Below, one piece after another: positions 28,822-37,537 of a stretch of DNA of 46,852 nucleotides; the first letter of the stretch is position 1, and every line of letters begins with the position of its first letter. Source of the stretch: Rectinemataceae bacterium. Its GTDB lineage: Bacteria > Spirochaetota > Spirochaetia > Treponematales > Rectinemataceae. The notes under the pieces were generated by a model. It had not been told where the DNA came from. It did no database searches and worked only from the letters and a program-made list of their open reading frames with translations. The stretch lies in NCBI GenBank assembly GCA_049317365.1, contig JBMOIK010000001.1, positions 1-46,852 of the forward strand, read 5' to 3'. The position numbers and the translations under genes are program-made.

Positions 28822-30960
28822 ATGAGCGAAGATATGCGATATGAAAAGGATGCCGAGGGCATCGTCACAATTACCATGGATATGCCCGGACGGAGCGTGA
28901 ATGTCATAAACATCGAGTTCGGCGACGCCTTCGGCGAGATGGTGGATAGGGTCGCGCTGGATACCGGCGTCACGGGTGTCATCATCGCTTCGGCGAAAAA
29001 AACATTCGTCGCCGGTGCCGAACTGGACTTCCTGTACAAGATGGAAAAGCCTGAAGAGACTTTCGCCCTCGTACAGCTCATGAAAGCCCGTCAGCGGAAA
29101 CTCGAGAAGCTTGGGATTCCTGTTGTGGCCGCTGTCAACGGAACCGCGCTCGGGGGAGGTTGGGAGGTGGCCCTCGCCACCCATCACCGCGTGGCGATCG
29201 ATGATTCGCGGATTAAGCTGGGCCTTCCCGAAGTGACCCTCGGCCTCCTGCCCGGGGACGGCGGCGTGACAAGGATGACGCGCATGCTGGGACTCCAGGC
29301 GGCCTTTCCCTTCCTTACCGAAGGCAAGCAGATCAGCCCGAAGGAAGCCAAGGAGATTGGCCTCGTCGATGAACTGGCCACGGATGCCGTAGACATGATG
29401 GCAAAGGCCCGTGCCTGGATCAGGGCGAATCCGAGCGCCTCCCAACCCTGGGATAGGGATGATTTCCGGCTGCCCGGCGGCGCGCCTTCATCGCCCAAGG
29501 TGGCTCCAGCCCTCATGGTCGCCCCGGCCATGATCCGTAAGAAAACCCAGCGGAACTATCCGGCTCCGGAGTGCATCGCCGCTGCCATGGTCGAGGGAGC
29601 CGCTGTCGATTTCGACACGGCACTCAGGATCGAGTCCCGCTACTTCTCGACAATTGCCACGGGGAAGGTGGCCAAGAACATGATGAGCGCCTTCTGGTTC
29701 CAGCTCAATGCCATCAAGGCGGGCGGCTCGCGGCCCAGCGGAATCGCTCCGATGGAGACGAAAAAAATCGGCGTGCTTGGTGCCGGCCTCATGGGCCATG
29801 GCATTGCCTATGTGACGGCCGTCGCTGGAATCGAAGTGGTGTTGAAGGACATGACCCAAGAGAAGGCCGATGCCGGAAAGGCCGCCATCTCCGAACTCGT
29901 TGGAAAACGCGTGACCCAGGGCAAAATGGCCAGGGCCGATGCCGATGCGATACTCGCCCGCATCACGGCTACCGGAGAGGCCACAGATCTCGCTGGCTGC
30001 GACCTTGTCGTAGAGGCTGTTTTCGAGGACCGCGACCTCAAGGCCAAGGTCACCAAGGAAGCCGAGGCCGCGATGGACCAGTCGGGTGTCTTTGCCTCGA
30101 ATACCTCGACGCTTCCGATCACAGGCCTCGCCCTGGCCTCGTCCCGCCCGGAAAAATTCATAGGACTGCATTTCTTTTCGCCGGTCTACCGCATGGATCT
30201 CGTCGAGATCATCGTCGGCAAGAAGACCGATGATGCGACGCTCGCGAAGGCCTTCGATTACGTCATCAAGATAGGGAAGACGCCCATCGTGGTGAATGAC
30301 AGCCGCGGTTTCTACACCTCACGGGTATTCGGGACCTACGTGCTCGAGGGACTCGCCCTCCTTTCCGAGGGCCAGAACGCGCAGGCAGTGGAATCGGCAG
30401 GGCTCAAGGCCGGCATGCCCATGGGACCGCTCGAAGTCGGAGACATGGTGGGCATCTCGCTCATGCACCACATAACTGAACAGACCGTGAAGGACATGGA
30501 AGCCCTCGGCCAGAAATACGAAAAGTGCCCGGGAGAAATCCTTGCGGGGCGCATGGTCACGGAGAAGGGGCGCAACGGAAAGAGTGCTGGAGCCGGTTTT
30601 TACGACTATCCCAAAGAGGGCGGCAAGAGCCTCTGGCCCGAGACCTACAAACTCTTCCCCCCCGCAAAAGCGAAAATTCCCCAGTCCGAAATGATCGACC
30701 GGCTCCTTTTCCTGCAGTCTCTCGAGACAGTGCGATGCCGCGACGAGGGTGTGATCAAGGTGGTAGCCGATGCCAACCTGGGATCGATCCTCGGCTGGGG
30801 TTTCGCGCCCTGGGCAGGCGGCACGCTTCAGTACATCAACAGTTATGGCCTTAAGGCCTTTGTCGCCCGAAGCAAGGAACTAGCCGCAAAATATGGCCCG
30901 CGCTTCGATCCACCTGCCAGCCTGGTCGAGATGTCCGAGACCGGCAAGGAATTTCATTGA
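28822..30960 (+). CDS. fused enoyl-CoA hydratase / 3-hydroxyacyl-CoA dehydrogenase (FadB/FadJ type)
   Basis: N-terminal crotonase fold (FVAGAELDF, NGTALGGGWE) and the NAD-binding motif IGVLGAGLMGHGIA. SD GAGGAGG upstream of the ATG at 28822. The track ORF from 28558 overlaps the thiolase. Confidence 0.9.
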   Translation: MSEDMRYEKDAEGIVTITMDMPGRSVNVINIEFGDAFGEMVDRVALDTGVTGVIIASAKKTFVAGAELDFLYKMEKPEETFALVQLMKARQRKLEKLGIPVVAAVNGTALGGGWEVALATHHRVAIDDSRIKLGLPEVTLGLLPGDGGVTRMTRMLGLQAAFPFLTEGKQISPKEAKEIGLVDELATDAVDMMAKARAWIRANPSASQPWDRDDFRLPGGAPSSPKVAPALMVAPAMIRKKTQRNYPAPECIAAAMVEGAAVDFDTALRIESRYFSTIATGKVAKNMMSAFWFQLNAIKAGGSRPSGIAPMETKKIGVLGAGLMGHGIAYVTAVAGIEVVLKDMTQEKADAGKAAISELVGKRVTQGKMARADADAILARITATGEATDLAGCDLVVEAVFEDRDLKAKVTKEAEAAMDQSGVFASNTSTLPITGLALASSRPEKFIGLHFFSPVYRMDLVEIIVGKKTDDATLAKAFDYVIKIGKTPIVVNDSRGFYTSRVFGTYVLEGLALLSEGQNAQAVESAGLKAGMPMGPLEVGDMVGISLMHHITEQTVKDMEALGQKYEKCPGEILAGRMVTEKGRNGKSAGAGFYDYPKEGGKSLWPETYKLFPPAKAKIPQSEMIDRLLFLQSLETVRCRDEGVIKVVADANLGSILGWGFAPWAGGTLQYINSYGLKAFVARSKELAAKYGPRFDPPASLVEMSETGKEFH

Positions 30961-31075
30961 TACTGAGCTTGGCCGTCGTTCGCGCTCGTACTGCGCGAGC
31001 GGCGGCACAGGCGGGCGGCAGCGTGTGCGGCGGCAGTGAACGAAACAATACGCGGAACTGAAAGCGGAGGCATGG

Positions 31076-32125
31076 ATGTCAGGCAACTATTTCAGCGAGC
31101 TCAAGAATACGACAGCGACTCGATTCTGGATCAACAATCCCACGGGGGCCGAGATCGAGTTAGCCTTGGCCCAGGGCGCGGTTGGATGCACGACCAATCC
31201 CGCCTATTGTTCGCGCCTTGCGACGGAAGAGCCCGAGTATCTCCGCGGCCTTATTGACGAGGCAATTGACGAGGATCCAGACACGGAACTGGCAGCCATA
31301 CGGGTCTACAAGCTGGCTGCGAAACGCATCATGGACAGTTTCTCTGGCGTTTGGGCCGAATCGGGCGGTACTGCCGGCTTCGTTACCATCCAGGACGATC
31401 CCCGCCGGGACGAAGACAAGGATCGCATTGTTCGCGAATCGCTGGCCAATCGTTCCCTTGGGCCGAATTACATGACCAAGATCCCCGTGATCAGTGGTGC
31501 GATGGATGCCATCGATGCCTGCGTCGAAGAGAACATCCCGATCTGCGCAACGGAAATATTCGCATTGTCGCAAGCGGAACGGATAGGCCAGATATACCGG
31601 GACGCTTGCCGTCGTTCGGGGAAGAATCCTCCCCTCTATATCACGCACATCTCTGGCATATTTGATGAGTATCTGGGCAAATATGCCGCCCGCAACGCCA
31701 TCCAGATCGACGAGGGCGTGCTGCGGATGGCTGGACTCGCCATCGCGCGTCGCGAATACGAGCTCATTGTCAGGATGGGCATTCCGACAGCCCATCTGAT
31801 GGGCGGCGGCGCCCGCGGGACCCACCACTTCACGGGGCTTGTGGGCGGGCAGGCCCACGTGACCATCAATTGGAGCACGGCGCAGGAGATCATCGATTCT
31901 GGAACACTTCCTGAGTCCGCTATCGGGATGGAGACACCTGCACGAGTCATCGATGAGCTCAGGGAGAAATTCCCGGACTTTCGCAAGGCCTACGATGATG
32001 GAGCCTTGCCGGAAAAGGACTTCGCGGGCTTCGGGCCTGTCCAGCTATTCCGCAACATGTTCCTCAAGGGCTGGTATCTCCTTCTCGCGGAGATATCGTC
32101 ACGAAAGGCAGGAAGGGCTAGCTGA
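31076..32125 (+). CDS. transaldolase-family protein
   Basis: TRFWINNPT and GAVGCTTNPAY. GGAGG lies 5 nt upstream. Confidence 0.8.
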   Translation: MSGNYFSELKNTTATRFWINNPTGAEIELALAQGAVGCTTNPAYCSRLATEEPEYLRGLIDEAIDEDPDTELAAIRVYKLAAKRIMDSFSGVWAESGGTAGFVTIQDDPRRDEDKDRIVRESLANRSLGPNYMTKIPVISGAMDAIDACVEENIPICATEIFALSQAERIGQIYRDACRRSGKNPPLYITHISGIFDEYLGKYAARNAIQIDEGVLRMAGLAIARREYELIVRMGIPTAHLMGGGARGTHHFTGLVGGQAHVTINWSTAQEIIDSGTLPESAIGMETPARVIDELREKFPDFRKAYDDGALPEKDFAGFGPVQLFRNMFLKGWYLLLAEISSRKAGRAS

Positions 32126-32130
32126 AGTCA

Positions 32131-32190
32131 TGCGAAGGGATTCGCTGCGAAAGGATTCGCTGCGAAGGGATTCGCTGCGAGAGTATTCGC
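32131..32190. repeat. 4 x 15-bp tandem repeat, each unit an internal palindrome (tGCGAAgggaTTCGC)
   Basis: Units are at 32131-45, 32146-60, 32161-75 and 32176-90 (the last is degenerate: tgcgagagtattcgc). The array is intergenic, 6 nt after the transaldolase stop and 59 nt before the next start. Confidence 0.9.
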
Positions 32191-32248
32191 GAGGAAGAGC
32201 CTGCAGGGCAGTACCGGGTAAACAGGAATTCAGGAAGAGGGGCAGTTT

Positions 32249-33607
32249 ATGAGTATCAAGGAAGAGACAGCGAAGGCAGTGCTGGACAGCTATTCTGCAA
32301 GAACGCCGAAATCGAAGGCCATTTCGGAGATCGCCGAAAGCTACATACCCTCGGGCGATACGAGGGCAATTAGCTGGTTTGCCCCCTATCCTACCTTCGG
32401 CGAGGTCGGACGGGGCTTTGAGCTCGTCGACTACGATGGCAATGTCTATATCGATCTCATGAACCTGATGACTGCCGCCATCCATGGGCACGCCCATCCA
32501 GCGATTGTCGCAGCCCAGGTCGAGCAGATTCGCAAGGGAGTATCCCACGGCATCCCCGCGGAATCGCAGTACAAGCTTGCGAAGATCATTGTCGATCGTG
32601 TCGCCTCGGTGGAGAAGGTCCGCTTCATGAACACGGGCAGCGAGGCCTGCCTCTTCGCGATGCGCGCGGCTCGTGCCTACACAGGGCGCGACATCATCCT
32701 GAAGATGGACGGTGGCTATCACGGATGCAGTGATTACGCCCAGACCAATGAACATGCGGATGTTTTCCACAAGGATCCGCCCCAGCTCTTTATCGCCAAC
32801 AAGGGTGTCCCCGACCTGATCCTGAAAAACATGCGGGTCGTCGACTATGGGAATCTCGAGGCGGCGAAGCGCGTGATGGATGCTGAGGGCGACACGATAG
32901 CCGCCATCATGCTTGAGCCGATGCTCGGCGCGGGTGGAGGCATCAATCCGCCTGACAGCTACCTTGCAGGCCTGCGGGAACTCTGCGACAGACATGGTGC
33001 CCTGCTCATCTTCGACGAGGTCATCAGCTTCAGGCTTTCCCTCGGTGGCAGGCAGGGACTTGCCGGGGTGAAACCCGACCTCACGACCTTCGGAAAAATC
33101 ATCGGGGGTGGTATCGGAATCGGCGCCCTCGGTGGACGCTCCGACATCATGCGGCTCTTCGACCCCCGGATCGAGGGCGGAATCAATCACTCCGGGACCT
33201 TTACCGGCAACGCGCTCGCGATGGTCAGCGGCATAGCAAGCCTTGAAAACATCACCCAGGAGGCTCTCGACCGTATGGAAGTCCAGGCATCGAAGCTGGT
33301 CGCTGTGGTCGGGAAAAAAATAAAGGAACTCGGAGTCAATGCTTCGGTCAAGACAGTCGGTTCCATGATGGTCATCTACCCGACCCGCAGGGAGATCGCG
33401 AACTCGCGCGACGTCCTCCTGGCCATGCTGAAGAACAGGCAATTCATGCAAATGCTCCATCTGGAGCTGCTCAACCGGGGGGTGGTCTGCCTGTCGCGCG
33501 GACTCTTCGCCCTCTCGACGCCCATGACTGACCCCGTGATCGAAGAGGCTGGCAAGAGGATTTGCGCAGCCCTCGAAACCGTCGCACCATTGTGCGAAGA
33601 ATTCTGA
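32249..33607 (+). CDS. class III PLP aminotransferase, HemL-like, copy 2
   Basis: FMNTGSEACLFAMRAARAYTGRDIILKMDGGYHG, IFDEVISFR and TFGKIIGGG. Paralog of 10912-12276. Confidence 0.9.
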   Translation: MSIKEETAKAVLDSYSARTPKSKAISEIAESYIPSGDTRAISWFAPYPTFGEVGRGFELVDYDGNVYIDLMNLMTAAIHGHAHPAIVAAQVEQIRKGVSHGIPAESQYKLAKIIVDRVASVEKVRFMNTGSEACLFAMRAARAYTGRDIILKMDGGYHGCSDYAQTNEHADVFHKDPPQLFIANKGVPDLILKNMRVVDYGNLEAAKRVMDAEGDTIAAIMLEPMLGAGGGINPPDSYLAGLRELCDRHGALLIFDEVISFRLSLGGRQGLAGVKPDLTTFGKIIGGGIGIGALGGRSDIMRLFDPRIEGGINHSGTFTGNALAMVSGIASLENITQEALDRMEVQASKLVAVVGKKIKELGVNASVKTVGSMMVIYPTRREIANSRDVLLAMLKNRQFMQMLHLELLNRGVVCLSRGLFALSTPMTDPVIEEAGKRICAALETVAPLCEEF

Positions 33608-33623
33608 GATAAGGGAGGAACGC

Positions 33624-34502
33624 ATGCCCAAGAAAGAGAAGCTCATTGTCTGCGCGGCCCTGTCCGGTGGAGCTACGATGAAGGCCCAGAACCCGGGCGT
33701 ACCCTACACCCCCGCGGAGTTTGCCGACGAGGCAGAACGCTGCTGTGCCGAGGGCGTCAGCATTGTCCATATCCACGCCAAGGATCCCTCGAGCGGCTAT
33801 GGGATAATCGACCTCGAAGCCAACCGCGCCGTATACGAGGCAGTCAAGAAGCGCTGTCCGGAAATGATCGTCAACATCTCCACAGCCTCCTTCTTTGATG
33901 ACAAGGAAACGCGCATACTTCCGGTTACGGAAATCAGGCCGGACATGTGCTCCTTCAATACCAACAGCATGAATTTCGGCATGGTAAGCTACAAGACCGG
34001 AGAGATCAAACTCGAGGTGATATACCGGAATCCCTTCATAGACCAGATTTTCTACGCGAAGAAGATCAAGGCAGTTGGTACCAAACCGGAATTCGAGATC
34101 TTCGATCCCAGCGGCCTCAACAACATCATCGGCATCCTGGACAAGCAGGAAGGCCTCTTCGACCATCCCATGCACTTCCAGTTTGTCTATGGCGTGGCAG
34201 GCGGCATGACCTGGAATCTGCAGCTGCATATCGCCTTGGTCGGCCAGCTCCCACAGGGCTCGACCTGGAGCGTCTGCGGCGTATCCGGCGTGAACCAGAT
34301 TCCTGCGGCTTTCCAGGCCGTCATTTCAGGCGGGCACGTCCGCGTAGGACTCGAGGACAACATCCATCTCCCCGACGGGACCCTGGCCAAGGGCAGCTGG
34401 GAACAGGTGCAATGGGTCAAGGAGCTGGCAAAGATCGCCGGCCGCCCGTTAGCAAGCTGTGCCGAGGCCAGGGAGATGCTCAGTCTACCGGGGAGGTCCT
34501 GA
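33624..34502 (+). CDS. BKACE-family (DUF849, 3-keto-5-aminohexanoate-cleavage-enzyme-like) beta-keto acid cleavage enzyme
   Basis: KLIVCAALSGG, VSIVHIHAKDP and HVRVGLEDN. SD GGGAGG upstream. Confidence 0.85.
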   Translation: MPKKEKLIVCAALSGGATMKAQNPGVPYTPAEFADEAERCCAEGVSIVHIHAKDPSSGYGIIDLEANRAVYEAVKKRCPEMIVNISTASFFDDKETRILPVTEIRPDMCSFNTNSMNFGMVSYKTGEIKLEVIYRNPFIDQIFYAKKIKAVGTKPEFEIFDPSGLNNIIGILDKQEGLFDHPMHFQFVYGVAGGMTWNLQLHIALVGQLPQGSTWSVCGVSGVNQIPAAFQAVISGGHVRVGLEDNIHLPDGTLAKGSWEQVQWVKELAKIAGRPLASCAEAREMLSLPGRS

Positions 34503-35281
34503 TGCGCTTTGCCCCGAATACCCTGAATCTCTTCAAGCAGCTCGACCCGCTCTATCAGCTGCAGGCGATCAAGAAGTGCGGATTCGATTATGTGGAATTC
34601 CTCTTTCCCTATCTCGTGTCCGCGAGCAAGGCGAAAAATCTCCTTGAGGCCTTCGATATGCGGGTGAGCATCATCGATGTGCTGCCTGGGGACGTCAAAA
34701 AGCTCGACCTCAGCGCAGCCATCGATCCCGGCCGCGTGCAGGAATACCGGAAGTACGCGCAACTTGCCCTGCAGTATTCGTCCGAGCTCAAGGTCCGCTT
34801 CGTGAACTGCCTGTCGGGAATCATGGGGCAGGTGAAAGACACTTCGCGCCAACAGATGATCGACCTCTACAAGGAGAACCTGGCCTTCACCTGCGACCTC
34901 TTCAAGGACTCAGGCACGACAGTCCTCATCGAGCCGGTATCGGGTTTCCAGTTTCCCGGCTACCTCACCGACAATCTCCACGAAGCTGTTGGAATCATCA
35001 AGGAATTGAACAGGCCGAACCTCGCACTCCAGTTCGATTTTTTCCACATCCAGCTTCTCCACGGAAATCTCTCGGGAAACGTACGCACATACTTCGATAT
35101 CATCAAGTATTACCAGATTGCCAATCCTCCGGGACGGCACCAGGCGGGAAGGGGAGAGTTGAATTTCCCCTTCCTCATCGAGCTTCTCAAGGAACTCGGC
35201 TACGATGGTTTCATCGGCCTTGAGTATGATCCCGAGGGGCCATCGGAAGATTCATTCGAATGGGTCAGGCCCTATATGTGA
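34502..35281 (+). CDS. hydroxypyruvate-isomerase-like xylose-isomerase-fold TIM barrel protein
   Basis: CGFDYVEF and GYDGFIGLEYDP. The ATG overlaps the upstream stop (TGATG). The track ORF from 33947 is an out-of-context extension. Confidence 0.75.
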   Translation: MRFAPNTLNLFKQLDPLYQLQAIKKCGFDYVEFLFPYLVSASKAKNLLEAFDMRVSIIDVLPGDVKKLDLSAAIDPGRVQEYRKYAQLALQYSSELKVRFVNCLSGIMGQVKDTSRQQMIDLYKENLAFTCDLFKDSGTTVLIEPVSGFQFPGYLTDNLHEAVGIIKELNRPNLALQFDFFHIQLLHGNLSGNVRTYFDIIKYYQIANPPGRHQAGRGELNFPFLIELLKELGYDGFIGLEYDPEGPSEDSFEWVRPYM

Positions 35282-35492
35282 GGGGCGGTTCTAGCTCCCC
35301 TTGCGGGATCGGTGTGTAGAGCTTGGCCGCACTTCGCTAGCCGGACTTGTTCTGGTACCGGTCGGAGGAGCTCAGCCGGAGGAGGATTATGTCCGTTCAT
35401 GCCGACCCACAGGGATTGAACCTTCAGGATGGTGTTGCCCCTTGCGGGGGTTCGGCTTGTTCGGCCGCTCTTTTCCCTGACGCTGAAGGGAC

Positions 35493-36010
35493 CTAAACTG
35501 TAAGACCGTCCGCCCGTGGATGGAATCCGAAGGCGAAGAGAACGGAGCAGGTTGGTGATTTCGAGCGATTTTGTGTCCATGATCGACTGCGCGTGCTCGA
35601 CTGGCAGTGCCAAAGCGGCGAATCGGTCTCCGAAGGGTGGCCCGGGCGGCGCTGGCGAGGATGCAGGCTTGGCGGGCGGCGATAACTTTTCCTATCCGTC
35701 ATTCCCCGCGTTCCGGCCTCGAAGCGCGCGCCAGCCAGGGCCTTCAAATTGCGAGCAATTGCGATCATTGCCTCCAGTTTCCCGCGTGCATCGCCCCGGG
35801 TCTCGCCCCGGGCCATCACCATCTCCGCGGTACTCATGAAACCCTCCTGCAAGCAGGCGTCTGTCAGGAGATTGTGGATCCTGTCCGGCAGTTCCCCGGG
35901 CGTCTGCGCGGACCTGGAAATCAGATAGCTCGATTTCCATGAATGCCGGAATGTCCTTGAGTATGGTTCCGAAAGTCCGGGTTGGCCGACATTCTCTCGT
36001 TGTGCGAGAC
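35493..36010 (-). pseudogene. fragment resembling the C-terminal region of an Rpn/YhgA-like PD-(D/E)XK nuclease-transposase
   Basis: The minus-strand frame reads ...LTDACLQEGFMSTAEMVMARGETRGDARGKLEAMIAIARNLKALAG, the charged repeat followed by IARNL that is typical of that family's tail. No nuclease domain, no proper start, and frame breaks on either side. Confidence 0.3.
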
Positions 36011-36128
36011 CAATGATGTCAAGTATGTTACGTACCCTTGGCCAGGCCTGAAACCCGGGGGAGTGTCCATGGGGAAATACAGGAATGCCGCATACCGTAT
36101 TTCGGGGCCATCCCCCGCAAGTCGTCTG

Positions 36129-36162
36129 TCATACCCCCGAATCAGACCAAGGTCGCATGGCG
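36129..36162 (+). promoter_or_regulatory. copy 2 of the conserved ~35-nt upstream motif
   Basis: tcatacccccgaatcagaccaaggtcgcatggcg, about 118 nt upstream of the GTG at 36280. Confidence 0.4.
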
Positions 36163-36279
36163 CGGTAGCGATGTCGCGGCCACTATGGGACACTGCCTGG
36201 GAGGGTCGGGGCAGGGCCTGGGACCGAACAATGGTTTTCCGATCCTGCCCAATCAGGCATTCGTGCAGGGAGTTGTCCG

Positions 36280-37527
36280 GTGAGCAATGTCCTGATCCAT
36301 GCTGCGCGCATTTTCGATCCCTTCTCAGGCCTTGATATGGTCGGAGACATACGTATCGAGGGTGGCCGCATCGCGGGGATCGGACGCGTCGCAGGTACAG
36401 GAAGCGAAGGGGATCCGGCGGGAAGCGAAGTGGTCGAGGCGCGGGGACTTTTCGCGGTTCCAGGCCTCATCGATATCCACGCCCATGTCCTGCCCGACCT
36501 GGCTCCACTCTGTGTCGATCCCGATAGGGCGGGCACAGGCGTGGGAGTCACGACGGTCTGTGACGCGGGCAGCATAGGCTGGGCCAACCTCGACGAGGCC
36601 ATGGACCTGCTCGCGCGGAGGGCTGTCGCCAGCGAAGTCTTGCTTTTTGTGCATCTCGCCCCCGAGGGTGAGAAGACCCTGCCGGAAACCGGCTACGACC
36701 GCTGGGACCGGGGAGCAGCCAGGGCGGCCATCGAGCGCCACCGCGACCGCGTGGCCGGCATCAAGGTGCGTGCCGTCGAGGCGGCGATCAGCGGAGCGGG
36801 AATCGATGTATTTGCGACGGCCGCTGATTTTGCCCATGGTCTCGGGCTTCCCCTCATGGTCCATGTGGGAGACAAGGGCGCGGACCACCTGGTCCCCGAT
36901 GCCCTGTACGCCGAGACGACGCGTATCCTGGGTCTGCTCGGGAAGGGCGACATCCTGACCCATGCCTACACGCCTTTCCCCGGCGGCCTGTTCCGTGACG
37001 GAAAGCCCATCCCCGGCCTCGAGGCTGCCATCGCCCGAGGCGTCCTCCTGGACGCCTCGCCAGGGCGTGGGCAATTCAGCTTTCCCGTGGCCCGATCCGC
37101 CATCGCGTTGGGCTTCCGGCCTGATCTCGCGGGGACCGATACCGTGTCCATTCCCGAAGCCCAGCCTCATTTCTACAATGTGGCGGCGATCCTTTCCAAA
37201 TTCATGGCTTTGGGTCTATCGTTTTCAGAGGTCGTTGCCATGGCGACCGGCAACGCGGCCAAGGCTGTCGGGAGGGCAGACAGCAGCGGCTCGATCGCGG
37301 TAGGCCGAGTCGCCGACCTGACGCTGCTTCGCCGTGAGAGGGGACCCTCCGTCCTGCACGACGGTGGCTCGGGCAACATGAGGCTCGGCTGGAACTTCCT
37401 CAGGCCCGTGGCGACTATCCGCGCGGGCAGGCTCCATGGAATCTCGACCGCCATCACCGGTCACCGGGTCGATCCCGTGGCCGTCTACAGGCAGCTCCGC
37501 GCGCGGAAAAAGCCATCGGGGAGATAA
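36280..37527 (+). CDS. amidohydrolase / deacetylase-family metallohydrolase (copy B)
   Basis: Collinear with 4303-5535 along its whole length (about two thirds identical residues by eye). PGLIDIHAH motif. Confidence 0.85.
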   Translation: MSNVLIHAARIFDPFSGLDMVGDIRIEGGRIAGIGRVAGTGSEGDPAGSEVVEARGLFAVPGLIDIHAHVLPDLAPLCVDPDRAGTGVGVTTVCDAGSIGWANLDEAMDLLARRAVASEVLLFVHLAPEGEKTLPETGYDRWDRGAARAAIERHRDRVAGIKVRAVEAAISGAGIDVFATAADFAHGLGLPLMVHVGDKGADHLVPDALYAETTRILGLLGKGDILTHAYTPFPGGLFRDGKPIPGLEAAIARGVLLDASPGRGQFSFPVARSAIALGFRPDLAGTDTVSIPEAQPHFYNVAAILSKFMALGLSFSEVVAMATGNAAKAVGRADSSGSIAVGRVADLTLLRRERGPSVLHDGGSGNMRLGWNFLRPVATIRAGRLHGISTAITGHRVDPVAVYRQLRARKKPSGR

Positions 37528-37537
37528 GGGGGTACTT

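Noticed and set aside
32131-32190. CRISPR array
   Set aside because: The 15-bp units are directly adjacent with no spacers. They are far shorter than CRISPR repeats, and there are no cas genes in the window.
32099-33646. 515-aa minus-strand ORF
   Set aside because: It is antisense to the second aminotransferase, has biased composition, and has no SD or motif support.
35401-35466. Possible minus-strand tRNA suggested by a GGTTCAATCC box and GCCGA/TCGGC ends
   Set aside because: It is only about 66 nt. It has no D arm. The central hairpin is CCCC-gcaa-GGGG with a 4-nt loop instead of a 7-nt anticodon loop. The T stem pairs poorly. It is more likely part of the local duplicated hairpin motif.
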